NCBI GenBank assembly: GCA_963812395.1
Contig: CAWEVG010000040.1
Location: 3,142-67,141, forward strand
Length of the DNA: 64,000 bases
Direction: 5' to 3'
DNA from: an uncultured Actinomycetes bacterium
GTDB lineage: Bacteria > Actinomycetota > Actinomycetes > S36-B12 > CAIYMF01
The notes beneath the pieces were generated by a model. The model was not told the DNA's origin. It ran no database searches and saw only the letters and a list, made by a program, of their open reading frames with translations. The first letter of the stretch is position 1. Each line of letters opens with the position of its first letter. The position numbers were made by a program, and so were the translations under genes. Below are positions 46,391 to 56,970 of this stretch, piece after piece.

Positions 46391-48889
46391 CACCCCGCCC
46401 CGGACTCGATGAGTTCGAACCACTCACGCAGCAGGCTGTCGGCACGCTCGTCGGTGGACGCCTCCGCCCAGAGGCGGATGACTGCCTTCGACTGGTCGGG
46501 GACGGCAAGGACCCAGCTGCCATCCGGCTCCTGGATCCGCACGCCCTCGGCCGTGTCGACGGCCCGGTCCCCCGCAGTCTCCACGATCAGTGCGCATGAC
46601 CATGCCCCTGCGGGCCCAGGGCGTGGGCACCGCGGAACGGGCCATGTGCACCTGTGGGATGCGCCGGTCGATCGCCGACAGGGTCAGCTTCGTGCGCGCG
46701 ACCATGCCCACCAGGCGGACGAACGCCGCGAGGCCGTCCACGTTGGACCCCATCTCGGGCACGATGAATCCGCCCCGGCCGTCGCCGGCGAAGATCAGGC
46801 CCGGGGTGGCCTGTGCCTGGGCGGACAGGGCAGCAGTCGAGGACCCGGTCCAGACCACGCCCACCGAGTGGTAGTTGGTGACCTCCTCGGCCACGCGCGT
46901 CGTGTGGCCGGGCAGCGCGATCACCCCGCTGCGCCGCTCGGCAGCCACGAGGTCCAGCATCACCAGGAGCGCGCGTCCGTGGTCGAACGGCCGACCGGTC
47001 TCATCCACCATGGACAGCCGCTCGCCGGTCGGGTCGAAGCGCACGCCGAGGTCCGAGCGCGAGGACGAGACGAGCTCGGCGAGTCGGGCCATGGCCGCGT
47101 GGTAGGACGGGCCGGTGGAGGTGGGGTTCTCCTCGTCGAGCCGGTTGTTGACCGTCAGCACGCTCACCGGCAGCGAGGACAGCAGTCGGGGCAGCACCAG
47201 GGTGGAGGGCCCCGAGCCTGTGTCGATGACCACCTTGAGCCCGGCGTCGGCGACTCCCGAGGTGTCGATCGAGCCCGCGAGCTGCGCGGCGTACTCGTCG
47301 ACCGAGCGGTGCGGCGTATGGATGTCACCGATCTCACCGGGGAAGGCCCGACGGAAGTCCCGACGGACGAGGATCCGCTCGAGCTTCTGCTGCTCGGCAA
47401 CCGTCAGGTCCGAGCCGGAGCGATCCAGCAGCAGCAGGTCCAGGCTCTCGGGGACGCCCAGGGTCGTGCGCAGGTAGACCCCACCCTGGGCCGCGCGCGC
47501 CGTGTCGGTCCGCGCCACCGGCAGGGGCGTGATCCGCAGGTCGCGCACGTTCAGGCCGGCCGCGGTCAGGGACCCTGCGAGCGCACGGTTCATCGCCCTG
47601 GCAGCCCGGGAGTGGTCGCGACCGACCGTCACCGTGGAGCCCTTGGGCAGGAGGGCGGCGTAGGCCGCCCCGAGGCGCACGACCATCTCCGGGGTGATGT
47701 CGAGGTTGACGACCCCCGTCACGCCGCGGGGCCCGAAGAGCGAACGGTGGGCCTGGGCCTCCCAGATGACGTTGTCGGTGACGACCGCACCCGCCTCGAT
47801 CTGCTTGTCCGGGTAGACGTGGACCCCGGCGCTGACCTGGACCTCCTCGCCGAGCACGCAGTTGTCGGCGATCACCGCCCCGGGGGCGATGTGCACCCGT
47901 GCCCGCACCTCGCACGATCGTCCGATCAGCGCAGAGGTGATCTCCGACCCTGCGTCGACATACACGCTCGTGTCGAGCAGGGAGCCCACGACTCGCGCCC
48001 CCCGGCGCAGGACCACGTTGCTCCCGAGGACGGTCCCCGGCCCCACCACGCAGTCGGTCTCCACCCGGACATGGGCCCCGATGAAGCAGGGGGACTCCAG
48101 CCTCGCCCCCGGGTCGACCACTGCCCCCTCGCCGAGCCACACCTGGGGGGCCACCTCGAAGCCGCCCACCTGGGCATCGACCCGGCCACGGAGCACGTCG
48201 CCCTGGACGGACAGGTAGCTGTCGATCGTGCCGACATCCTCCCAGTAGCGATCCGTCACGTACCCGTAGATCGGCTCCCCCGCCGCCATCAGCGTCGGGA
48301 AGATGTCGGCCGACCAGTCCACCTTCTCGTCGGGCGGGACAAGGTCCAGGATCTCGGGGGACATCACGTAGATGCCGGTGTTGACGGTGTCGGAGAACAC
48401 CTGGCCCCACGTCGGCTTCTCGATGAACCGCTCGATGCGCCCGTCCTCGGCGGTGATCACGTTCCCGAACTCGATCACGTTGGGCTTGCGGGCCAGTGCC
48501 ACCGTGACCATGGCCCCCATCCGGTGGTGGAACTCCACCAGGGCCGTGAGGTCGATATCGGTCAGGGCGTCGCCGGAGACCACCAGGAACGGCTCGCCCG
48601 CCAGGCCCTGCTCGGCGTTCTTGACGCTGCCCGCGGTGCCGAGCGGGACGGATTCGGTCGCGTAGGACAGCCGGACCCCGTACTCGTCGCCGTCGCCGAA
48701 GTAGGAGCGGATGGTCGCGGCCAGGTACTGCACCGTCACGACCGCCTGGTCGATCCCATGCCTGTTGAGCAGGCGCAGCAGGTGGCCCATGATCGGCTCG
48801 CCCGCGACAGGCAGGAGGGGCTTGGGCACGTTCGTGGTCAACGGCCGCAGGCGGGTGCCCTCACCGCCGGCCATCACGACGGCGCGCAT
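46390..48889 (-). pseudogene. Long ManC-like fusion of a sugar-1-phosphate nucleotidyltransferase, a left-handed beta-helix and a phosphohexomutase-like domain; one frame break near the 3' end as sequenced
   Basis: MRAVVMAGGEGTRLRPLT (the GxGTRxxPLT signature), hexapeptide-repeat region, then four PGM/PMM-like domains. The last about 65 aa (LIVETAGDRAVDTAEGVRIQEPDGSWVLAVPDQSKAVIRLWAEA...) lie in ORF 46390-46584. The switch is about 46588-46600. Confidence 0.85.
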
Positions 48890-48892
48890 GTG

Positions 48893-49495
48893 CTACGCCC
48901 CCCCAGTGGCTGGCAGTTGGGACATGACCTCACGCGTCTGGCGGATGTAGAGAGCCCCGCTGTACAGGTACAGCCCGGTGCCCCACAGGGCGAAGGCCCA
49001 GCCGGCAACGCGCGCGAGCTCCTCGATGCCCGTCTGGGGGTCGGCACCCCACAGCAGCAGGGGGAAGGACAGCAGGAGGTTGAAGGTGGCCGCCTTCCCG
49101 ATGAAGTTGACCGGGAGCCCGGTGATGCCGCGGCTCTTCAACCGCCCCATCTCCACCGTCAGGACGACGTCGCGCACCACGAGGAGGGCCACGAACCAGA
49201 GCGGGACGACGTCGCGGACGAGGAACACCACCAGGACGGTGACCGTGGACAGGCGATCGGCGATGGGGTCGAGCAGCTGTCCCAGGCGCGTGACCTGGTT
49301 CCAGCGTCGGGCCAGCAGGCCGTCGAAGAAGTCCGTCGCCCCACCGATCGCCAGGACGAGGGCAGCCAAGCCATCCTCCTGGGGCACGAGCGCCAACCAG
49401 GCGAACAGCGGGATCGTGAGGAGGCGGATGGCACTGAGCACGTTCGGCACGGTCCAGACCAAGTCGGTCCGCACCTGCGGCTCCTGCACGCGCAT
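48893..49495 (-). CDS. CDP-alcohol phosphatidyltransferase (PgsA2 / actinobacterial cardiolipin-synthase-like)
   Basis: From ATG 49495 (MRVQEPQVRTDLVWTVPNVLSAIRLL...). The motif DFFDGLLARRWNQVTRLGQLLDPIADR fits D-G-x2-A-R-x8-G-x3-D-x3-D. Confidence 0.85.
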   Translation of the reverse strand: MRVQEPQVRTDLVWTVPNVLSAIRLLTIPLFAWLALVPQEDGLAALVLAIGGATDFFDGLLARRWNQVTRLGQLLDPIADRLSTVTVLVVFLVRDVVPLWFVALLVVRDVVLTVEMGRLKSRGITGLPVNFIGKAATFNLLLSFPLLLWGADPQTGIEELARVAGWAFALWGTGLYLYSGALYIRQTREVMSQLPATGGA

Positions 49496-49761
49496 GGCTC
49501 GCCCCATCCACCTCGATGCTGGGCCGAAGCGTACCCCGGGTGGCCCCTGCGGCACGAGCATCCTCCCGACGCTGCAACGCGAGGGGCCGTCCGGACCGTC
49601 ACCGACGCAGACGCGACACCTCACGTCCTATGGCGGGCGCCCGGTCGGCGGCGTAGAGTTGCTTCGCGGCCCCGTCATTGCATCCCCCGTCGATGGCGGG
49701 GTCGCCCCGTCCCCGGGTGACCGGCGGATCGGTGCATCGCGCAGGCACCCTCACCGAGGCC

Positions 49762-50379
49762 TCACCAGAGGGAGACCGCCCGGCGCGAGTACGTGGAATC
49801 CCCCAGGTTCGCGACCAGCCAGCGCGCCACATCGGCCCGGGCGATCCGGGAGCCACCCAGCTTGCCCTCGGTCAGCACGTGGACATCGCCGGTCACCGGG
49901 TCGTCGGTCAGCCCCACGCAGCGGGCGATCGTCCAGTCGAGATCACTGGCCATGATCACGCGCTCCTGCCCGTTGTGGTCGGCGATCGCGTTGCGGAGCA
50001 GCACCCCCACGGTCAGGCGGACGGCGCGCGGGAACTGGGACGCCGAGTCCCCTGCTCCGACGGTGCTCACGGCCAGGAGTCGGGTGCCGGCGTGCACGCC
50101 GGCGACGATCGTGGTCATGGCGTCGGTGATGTCGGTCGAGCGACCCATCCCGCGGCCCCCGATCGCGCTGATGACGCCCTGCGCGCCTGCGACCGCACGG
50201 TCGACCACCTCGGGGTCCCGGGCGTCGCCGACCTCGACGGTGACCCGTGGATCGACAGCACCCAGCGTCAACGGGTCCCGCACCAGCACCGTCACCCCAT
50301 GGCCTGCCGCCAGCGCCTCCTCCACAACGTGCCTGCCTGTGCCCCCCGCGGCGCCGAACACCGTCACCTGCATCGCCAT
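49762..50379 (-). CDS. NAD(P)H-binding Rossmann-fold protein (NmrA / atypical SDR-like)
   Basis: Intact 205-aa ORF with the N-terminal VFGAAGGTGRHVV glycine-rich loop. Confidence 0.8.
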   Translation of the reverse strand: MAMQVTVFGAAGGTGRHVVEEALAAGHGVTVLVRDPLTLGAVDPRVTVEVGDARDPEVVDRAVAGAQGVISAIGGRGMGRSTDITDAMTTIVAGVHAGTRLLAVSTVGAGDSASQFPRAVRLTVGVLLRNAIADHNGQERVIMASDLDWTIARCVGLTDDPVTGDVHVLTEGKLGGSRIARADVARWLVANLGDSTYSRRAVSLW

Positions 50380-50467
50380 CGCCTCCTGTGGTGGGCGCCC
50401 ATCCCATCACGACCCCTCGCTGGGTGCGCGCGGGTTCCCGAGCCTGGCCCGGCTCGACGCCCCGCCC

Positions 50468-51268
50468 TCAGCGTCCGGTGAAGGTCGCCTTGCCCGCGCC
50501 CTCGGCCAGGAAGGACGCCATCCCGATCCGGCGGTCATCGGTGGCGAAGAGCCCGGCGAACTCCAGCCGCTCGATCTGGCACCCGGTGGCGATGTCCACC
50601 TCGAGCCCCTGGTTGACCGCGCGCTTGGCAGCTGCCAGGGCGAGCGGGGCGCCCGAGGCGAACTGCTGCGCGAGTGCCACTGCCTCGTCGTAGACAGCGT
50701 CGTCGGCGACGACCCGATCGGCGAGCCCGAACGCCCTGGCCTCGTCGGCACCCACGTACCTGCCGGTCAGGATCATGTCCTTGGCGCGCGACGGGCCGAT
50801 CAGCCGCGGGAGCCGCTGGGAGCCGCCCAGGCCGGGGATCACGCCGAGGAGCACCTCCGGCTGGCCGAGCTTGGCCCGCTCCCCCACGACCCGCAGGTCG
50901 GCGCACAGCGCCAACTCGCAGCCGCCCCCGAGGGCGAACCCGGTGACGGCCGCCACGACCGGCATCGGCAGCCCGGCCACGGCGTTGAACGACTCCTGGA
51001 GCAGGTGGGAGGCGCTGGCCATGTCCTGGTAGGTCATGGCGGCCATCTCCTTGATGTCGGCACCCGCGGCGAACATCTTGGGGCCGCCGTAGATCACCAC
51101 CGCGCGCACCTCCTCGGAGCCTGCCAGCCAGCGCGACGCCGCCAGGATCTCCTCCTGCATCGCCAGGTTCAGGGCGTTGACGGGAGGACGGTCCAGGCGC
51201 AGGGTCGCGACCGCACCCTCGAGCTCGACGCGGGTGAGCTCACCCTGGAGGACAACGTCAGCGGACAT
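50468..51268 (-). CDS. Enoyl-CoA hydratase/isomerase (crotonase family)
   Basis: Intact 266-aa ORF with FAAGADIKEM, AAVTGFALGGGCELALCADLRV and GLGGSQRLPRLIG. Confidence 0.9.
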   Translation of the reverse strand: MSADVVLQGELTRVELEGAVATLRLDRPPVNALNLAMQEEILAASRWLAGSEEVRAVVIYGGPKMFAAGADIKEMAAMTYQDMASASHLLQESFNAVAGLPMPVVAAVTGFALGGGCELALCADLRVVGERAKLGQPEVLLGVIPGLGGSQRLPRLIGPSRAKDMILTGRYVGADEARAFGLADRVVADDAVYDEAVALAQQFASGAPLALAAAKRAVNQGLEVDIATGCQIERLEFAGLFATDDRRIGMASFLAEGAGKATFTGR

Positions 51269-51426
51269 GGGGAACTCCTTCGTCAGGACTCATCTGGCAC
51301 GTTCGAGCCTAGCCAGATGTCCGGGCGGCACGGCAACGGGCCCGGATGTGCAACCGCGGGTACCCTTGGCGCGTGCACGGTGCAGTGGAGGGGTTCGGCG
51401 CAGCCATCGCAGATGGGGTTGCATCG

Positions 51427-53563
51427 GTGACCCCCGTGTCGCTTGCCGCCGAGCAGCTGCCCGACGCATGGCCCGGGACGTGGAACCCCTTGGGCGTCAC
51501 CCTGGACGCCGACGGCGCCAACGTCGCCGTGTGGTCCGAGGGTGCCCACGCGGTGGACCTCTGCCTGTTCGACGAGGACGGGCGCGAGCGGCGGGTGGCG
51601 CTCAGCGAGACCACGTTCCACACCTTCCACGGCTACGTGCCGGGGATGAAGGCCGGCGATCGCTACGGCTTCCGCGTCCACGGGCCCTGGGACCCCTGGC
51701 GCGGTGACCGCTGGAACAGCGCGAAGCTCCTCATGGACCCCTACGCCCGGGCGATCGAGGGCGAGTACGTCCCCCACCCGGCCACGCGCGGGCACGTGGG
51801 CCACGATGACACGGTCCGCGACGACCGCGATTCCGCGCCCTACGTGCCCCGGTGCGTGGTCGTGGCCGACGACGAGTTCGACTGGCGGGGCGACGTCCGG
51901 CCGAACACCCCGTGGACCCAGACCGTGATCTACGAGGCCCACCTCAAGGGCCTCACGATGCGCCACCCGGGGGTGCCGGAGGAACTGCGCGGCACCTACG
52001 CCGGGCTGGCCCACCCGGCCGTGATCGAGCACCTCACCCAGCTGGGCGTCACGGCGGTGGAGCTGCTGCCGATCCACCACTTCATCAGCGAGGACTACGT
52101 CCTCGCGCACGGCCTGACCAACTACTGGGGCTACAACACCCTCGGGTTCTTCGCGCCACACGCCGCCTACAGCGCCTCGGGCAGCCGCGGGCAGCAGGTC
52201 ACCGAGTTCAAGGAGATGGTGCGTGCGCTGCACGCCGCCGGCCTCGAGGTGATCCTCGACGTCGTCTACAACCACACGGCCGAGGGCAACGAGCAGGGGC
52301 CGACGCTGAACTTCCGCGGCATCGACAACGAGGGCTACTACCGCCTGAGCCACGGTCGGCACTACGCCGACTACACCGGCTGTGGCAACACCCCGGACGC
52401 CGCGCAGCCCCACGTCCTGCAGCTGATCATGGACTCGTTGCGCTACTGGGTCACCGAGATGCACGTCGATGGCTTCCGGTTCGACCTCGCCAGCGCCCTG
52501 GCCCGCTCGTTCCACGACGTCGACATGCTGGGCTCGTTCATGTCGACCATCCAGCAGGACCCCGTGCTGCGGACCACCAAGCTGATCGCCGAGCCCTGGG
52601 ACATCGGGGCCGGCGGCTACCAGGTCGGGGAGTTCCCGCCGCTGTGGACCGAGTGGAACGACAAGTTCCGCGACTGCACGCGCGACTACTGGCGCGGCTA
52701 CGGCTCGCTGTCGGAGCTGGGGTGGCGGCTCACCGGGTCGGCCGACCTCTATGCCAGCGAGGGACGCGCGCCGTTCGCCTCCATCAACTTCGTGACTGCC
52801 CACGACGGGTTCACCCTGCGCGACCTCACGACCTACTCGCACAAGCACAACCTGCCCAACAAGGAGCACAACCGCGACGGGACCGACAACAACCGATCGT
52901 GGAACCACGGCGTCGAGGGCGAGACCGAGGACCCGGACATCAACGGCACTGCGTCAGCGCCAGGTCCGCAACCTGCTCACGATGCTGCTGCTGAGCACCG
53001 GGGTGCCGATGCTCACCGCGGGCGACGAGATGGGCCGCACGCAGGGCGGGAACAACAACGCCTACTGCCAGGACAACGAGATCTCGTGGGTCGACTGGGA
53101 CCTCGAGGCATGGCAGCGCGACCTGTTCGCGTTCACGGCCGGGGTGATCCACCTGCGGCGCAGCCACCCGGTGTTCGCGCGACCGTACTACTTCGAGGGA
53201 ACCGCCCCTGACGCGGGCCGCGCCAAGGACCTCGCGTGGCTGCGCGGCGACGGACGCGAGTTCACCGAGGTCGACTGGCACTTCAGCGACAACCGGATGA
53301 TCGGCATGTACCTGTCCGGCGAGCTGCAGTCGCGTGGGCCCCGCGGCGAGAAGCTGTCCGACGACCCGTTCCTCCTCGTGCTCAACGGCAGCGGGCACTC
53401 CGGCACCTTCCTGCTGCCCGGCGAGCCGTTCGGCACCGACTACCAGGTGGTCGTGGACACCGTCGGAGGCTTCGCCGGCGAGTTCGGGCACACCCGCACG
53501 CACGGCACCGCCCTGCCGATGCCGCCCTTCAGCGCGAAGCTGCTGCGCGTCGTCACGCGCTGA
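51427..53563 (+). pseudogene. glgX: Glycogen debranching enzyme GlgX (GH13); one frame break as sequenced; start uncertain
   Basis: WPGTWNPLGVTLDADGANVAVWSE, YWGYNT, DVVYNHTAEG, GFRFDLA and EPWD are in ORF 51346-53211 up to EDPDIN. ALRQRQVRNLLTMLLLSTGVPMLTAGDEMGRTQGGNNNAYCQDN continues in ORF 52982-53563. The switch is about 52943-52948. The start could be anywhere between 51346 and 51436. Confidence 0.9.
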
Positions 53564-53566
53564 GCG

Positions 53567-54947
53567 TCAGCCGCGACGCTGGCGTTGCAGGGCGCGCAGC
53601 CAGTGGGCGCTGGTCTTGGGCGTGCGCACCTGGGTGTCCGGGTCGACGTGCACGATCCCGAAGCGCTGGCGCCACCCCTCAGCCCATTCGATGTTGTCGA
53701 ACAGCGACCACGCCAGGTACCCGCGGACGTCCACGCCGTCGGCGCGGGCCGCGACGACCTGCGCCAGGTGGTCCTGCAGGTACGCGACCCTGGCCGGATC
53801 GTCACACGCACCGTCCACGACGACATCCGGGCAGGCCATCCCGTTCTCCCCGACCCACAGCGGTACTCCGGGGACGGCCTCGGCGGTCTTGCGCAGGGTC
53901 GTGCCCAGTCCGTCGGCGTTGACCTCCCAGCCCATGGTGGTCAAGCGGCTCCCGGGGCGCGAAGTGCACTGGGGGGCAACCCGGATGCGCGGAGACGTCC
54001 TGGGCCACGGCACGCTCGGCCGACTCATCGGCCGGCACCAACCGCTGCACCGTGTAGTAGTTGACGCCCAGCCAGTCCAGTGGGGCGCCGATCGCCGTCT
54101 CCTCGGCGCTGGACACGAACGACCAGTCGGAGATCCCGGCGGTGCTGGCCACGACATCGGCGTTGATCCCGCGCCCGGCGAGGGCGTCGAGCCAGAGGTG
54201 GTTCTGCAGCCCGTCGATGTGCCGGGCCGCCTGCCGCAGCACCGGATCGTCGCGATAGGGATCATCCGGGAAGGTGGGCATCAGGTTGAGCACGATCCCT
54301 GCGTTGCGAGCCCCGGCCGCGCGCAGTCCCTCCATCCCGCGGGCGTGGGCCACCAGGAGCCGGTAGGCGACCTCCAGGGACTCCGCGGGATCGCGGCGCC
54401 CTGGGGCGTGAATGCCGGCGGCGTGGCCGAGGAAGGCCGTGCACCAGGGCTCGTTGAGCGTCGCCCACGAGCCCACACGATCGCCGAGCCGCGATGCCAT
54501 GGCGTTCGCGTACTGGCCGAACAGCTCCCCGGTGGTGGGGTTGCGCCACCCGCCCTCGGCGTGCAGCTCACTGGGCAGGTCCCAGTGGTAGAGCGTGACC
54601 AACGGGGTGATCCCCTGCGCGAGCAGCGCATCGCAGAGCCGGTCGTAGTGGTCCAGGCCGGCGACCGAGATGGGCCCATGCCCCCCGGGCTGCACCCGGG
54701 CCCAGGCGATCGAGAACCGATAGGCATCCACGCCGAGCCAGCCGAGGAGCTCGACGTCGGCCTCCATCCGGGCGACGTGCTCGCAGGCCGGATCTCCGGT
54801 GCTCCCATCGGCGATCGCGCCCGGTCCGGCGGCGAAGTCGTCCCAGATGGTCCGCCCCCGGGATGCCGTGGCGCCCTCGACCTGCCATGCCGAGGTACCC
54901 ACCCCGACCGTGAAGTCCTCCGGCAGGGCGGTGTGGAGTTCGACCAC
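53567..54947 (-). pseudogene. GH1 beta-glucosidase; one frame break as sequenced
   Basis: FTVGVGTSAWQVEG, YRFSIAWARV and TLNEPW (acid/base Glu) are in ORF 53802-54947. TTMGWEVNADGL, WVGENG (nucleophile Glu) and WSLFDNIEWAEG are in ORF 53567-54265. The switch is about 53943-53950. Confidence 0.88.
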
Positions 54948-54950
54948 CAG

Positions 54951-55885
54951 CTATCCCTTGACCGAGCCAGCCAGCAGGCCGCGGACGAAGAAGCGCTGGA
55001 ACGACAGGAACACGATCAGGGGCACGATCATGGAGATGAACGCACCGGCGGACAGCAGGTGCCACTGGGATCCGCGGTTGCCGGCCAGGTCGGCCACCCG
55101 GACGGTCAGGGGCGCGACCTCAGGACTCGCGCCGAAGGTGAGGCCGACGAGCAGGTCGTTCCAGACCCAGAGGAACTGGAAGATCGCGAACGCGGCGATC
55201 GCCGGGACCATGAGCGGCATCATGATCTTGAAGAAGATCGTCAGGTGCCCGCCCCGTCCACCGCGCGGCCTCGACGAGCTCCTTGGGCAGCTCGTTCATG
55301 AAGTTGTGCATGCAGGTAGATGGCCAGCGGGAGCGCGAAGATGCTGTGCGCGATCCAGATCGGCCAGAACGTGCCGGCGAGGCCGGCATCGACGAAGAGG
55401 GTGAGCAGCGGGATCAGCGTGACCTGGATCGGGACGATCTGCAGGGCGAAGACGGCGACGAAGAGGAACTTGGCCCCCTGGAAGTTCATCCACGCGAAGC
55501 CGTAGGCAGCCATGCAGGCGATGCTGATCGGGATCACCACGGCCGGGATGGTGATCACCAGCGAGTTCACGAAGTAGGAGGCGAGGTTGGTGGTCCCGCC
55601 GAAGAGCGCCTTCTGGTAGTTGTCCAGCGTGAAGGAGGGGTCCTGCCAGACGGTCCACCAGCCGGACTTCCGGATGTCCGCCGCGGGGCGGAAGCTGGTG
55701 ATGAGCAGGCCCACCGTCGGGATCGTCCACAGGATGGCGATCAGCGCGGCGATCAGCGAGGCCCAGATCGACTTCTGCCGCAGGGCGATGCTGGCCTCGG
55801 TCGCCTTGGGAGCCTTGGCCTTGGCGTTGGGAACCAGCTCCTCGCCCTCAGGGATGGTGTGGGCGGCGGGGTTCAGGGCCGTCAT
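54951..55885 (-). pseudogene. Carbohydrate ABC transporter permease (MalG-like); three frame breaks within about 80 nt as sequenced
   Basis: MTALNPAAH...WTIPTVGLLITSFRP...FALPLAIYL | MHNFMNELPKELVEAAR | VDGAG | HLTIFFKIMMPLMVPAIAAFAIFQFLWVWNDLL... This covers the EAA loop region. The switches are about 55308-55315, 55258-55266 and 55245-55250. Confidence 0.85.
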
Positions 55886-56845
55886 CAGTGGGCCGCCTTC
55901 CGGAGCTGGGAGATGTTGTAGACGATGATCGGGATCACGAGGATGAAGAGCAGCACGGCCAGCGCAGCGCCCGAGACCGGCGTTGTCGTACCGGAATGCC
56001 TGGGTGTAGAACTCGTTGGCCACGACGCTGGTCTTGAAACGGCCGCCCGTCATCGTCCGGACGATGTCGAAGACCTTCAGCGTGCCGATCGCGATCGTCG
56101 TCAGGACGACGATCATCCCGGGGCGGATGCTGGGCAGCGTGATGAAGCGGAACATCTGCGGGCCGGAGACGCCGTCGAGCTTCGCTGCCTCGATGATGTC
56201 GTCGGGGATCGCCTTGATCGAGGCCGAGAGCACCGTCATCGCGAAGCCCGCCTGGATCCAGATCATGACCACGATCAGGAAGAACGTGTTCCACGGCTCG
56301 GTGAGCAGGAACTGGTAGGTGTCCAGCCCCAGGGACTTGATGATCTGGTTGGCCAGGCCGATCTGGTCGCCTGCGTGGGCCGGTAGTCGTACACGAACCT
56401 CCAGATGATCGAGGCACCGACCATGGAGATCGCCATGGGGATGAACACGAGGGCCTTGGAGAATGCCTCGGTCCGGGTCCGGTCGACCAGGACGGCGTAG
56501 ATCAGCCCGATCAGCGTCGCGGCGATGGGCACGAGCAGGACCCAGATGGCCGTGTTGACCAGGACCCGCTGGTACTCCGGACTCCCGGAACAGCGTCGCG
56601 TAGTTCTCCAGCCCGACGAACGCGCTGCTGTCGGCGTTCTGGAAGGACTGCTTGATGGTGAGGACGGCCGGGTAGATCAGCCCGATCGCCAGCATGACGC
56701 AGGGCGGGGACGATGAACGCCGCCACGGTCAACGGCTCCTGCGCCCGACCCCGACCCTGCTGACGACGAACAGCAGGACTGCGAAGAAGCCGACGAAGGC
56801 ACCGATGGCCAGGAACATCTGGAGGAACTTCTCGGGGGTGGTCAC
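55885..56845 (-). pseudogene. Carbohydrate ABC transporter permease (MalF-like); about five frame breaks as sequenced
   Basis: GGGAGGA lies 9 nt upstream of GTG 56845 (VTTPEKFLQMFLAIGAF...). Later segments are EPLTVAAFIVPAL; MLAIGLIYPAVLTIKQSF...; YQRVLVNTAIWVLLVPIAATLIG...IWRFVYDYRP; AGDQIGLANQII...EAAKLDGVSGPQMFRFITLP...; and AALAVLLFILVIPIIVYNISQLRKAAH*. The switches are about 56740-56750, 56695-56706, 56574-56586, 56368-56384 and 55966-55974. Confidence 0.8.
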
Positions 56846-56928
56846 GATGACTGATCCTCCCGCCAACCGCCGGCTGAGTCACGCTGGCCGGGGCCTGGTG
56901 CGTGGGTGTGGTGAGGTGCGTGACGGGC

Positions 56929-56970
56929 GCGCTGGGGGGCCAGACCGACGAGCGGCCGGCCCCCCAGCGC
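56929..56970 (-). terminator. Strong GC hairpin between the binding-protein gene and the first permease gene (intercistronic stabiliser or attenuator candidate)
   Basis: A perfect 13-bp stem pairs gcgctggggggcc (56929-56941) with ggccccccagcgc (56958-56970), with a 16-nt loop. No U-tract follows on the minus strand, so it is not a classical intrinsic terminator. Confidence 0.45.

Noticed and set aside
46409-49720. Very long ORFs antisense to recognised genes. Examples are 46409-49720 (+, 1103 aa), 5581-7365 (-), 28447-30672 (+), 59661-61247 (-), 61934-63574 (-) and 51283-52908 (-).
   Set aside because: Their translations are Arg/Gly/Pro/His/Asp-rich with no recognisable domains, and each mirrors a well-supported gene on the other strand. 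These are typical shadow ORFs of very GC-rich DNA.
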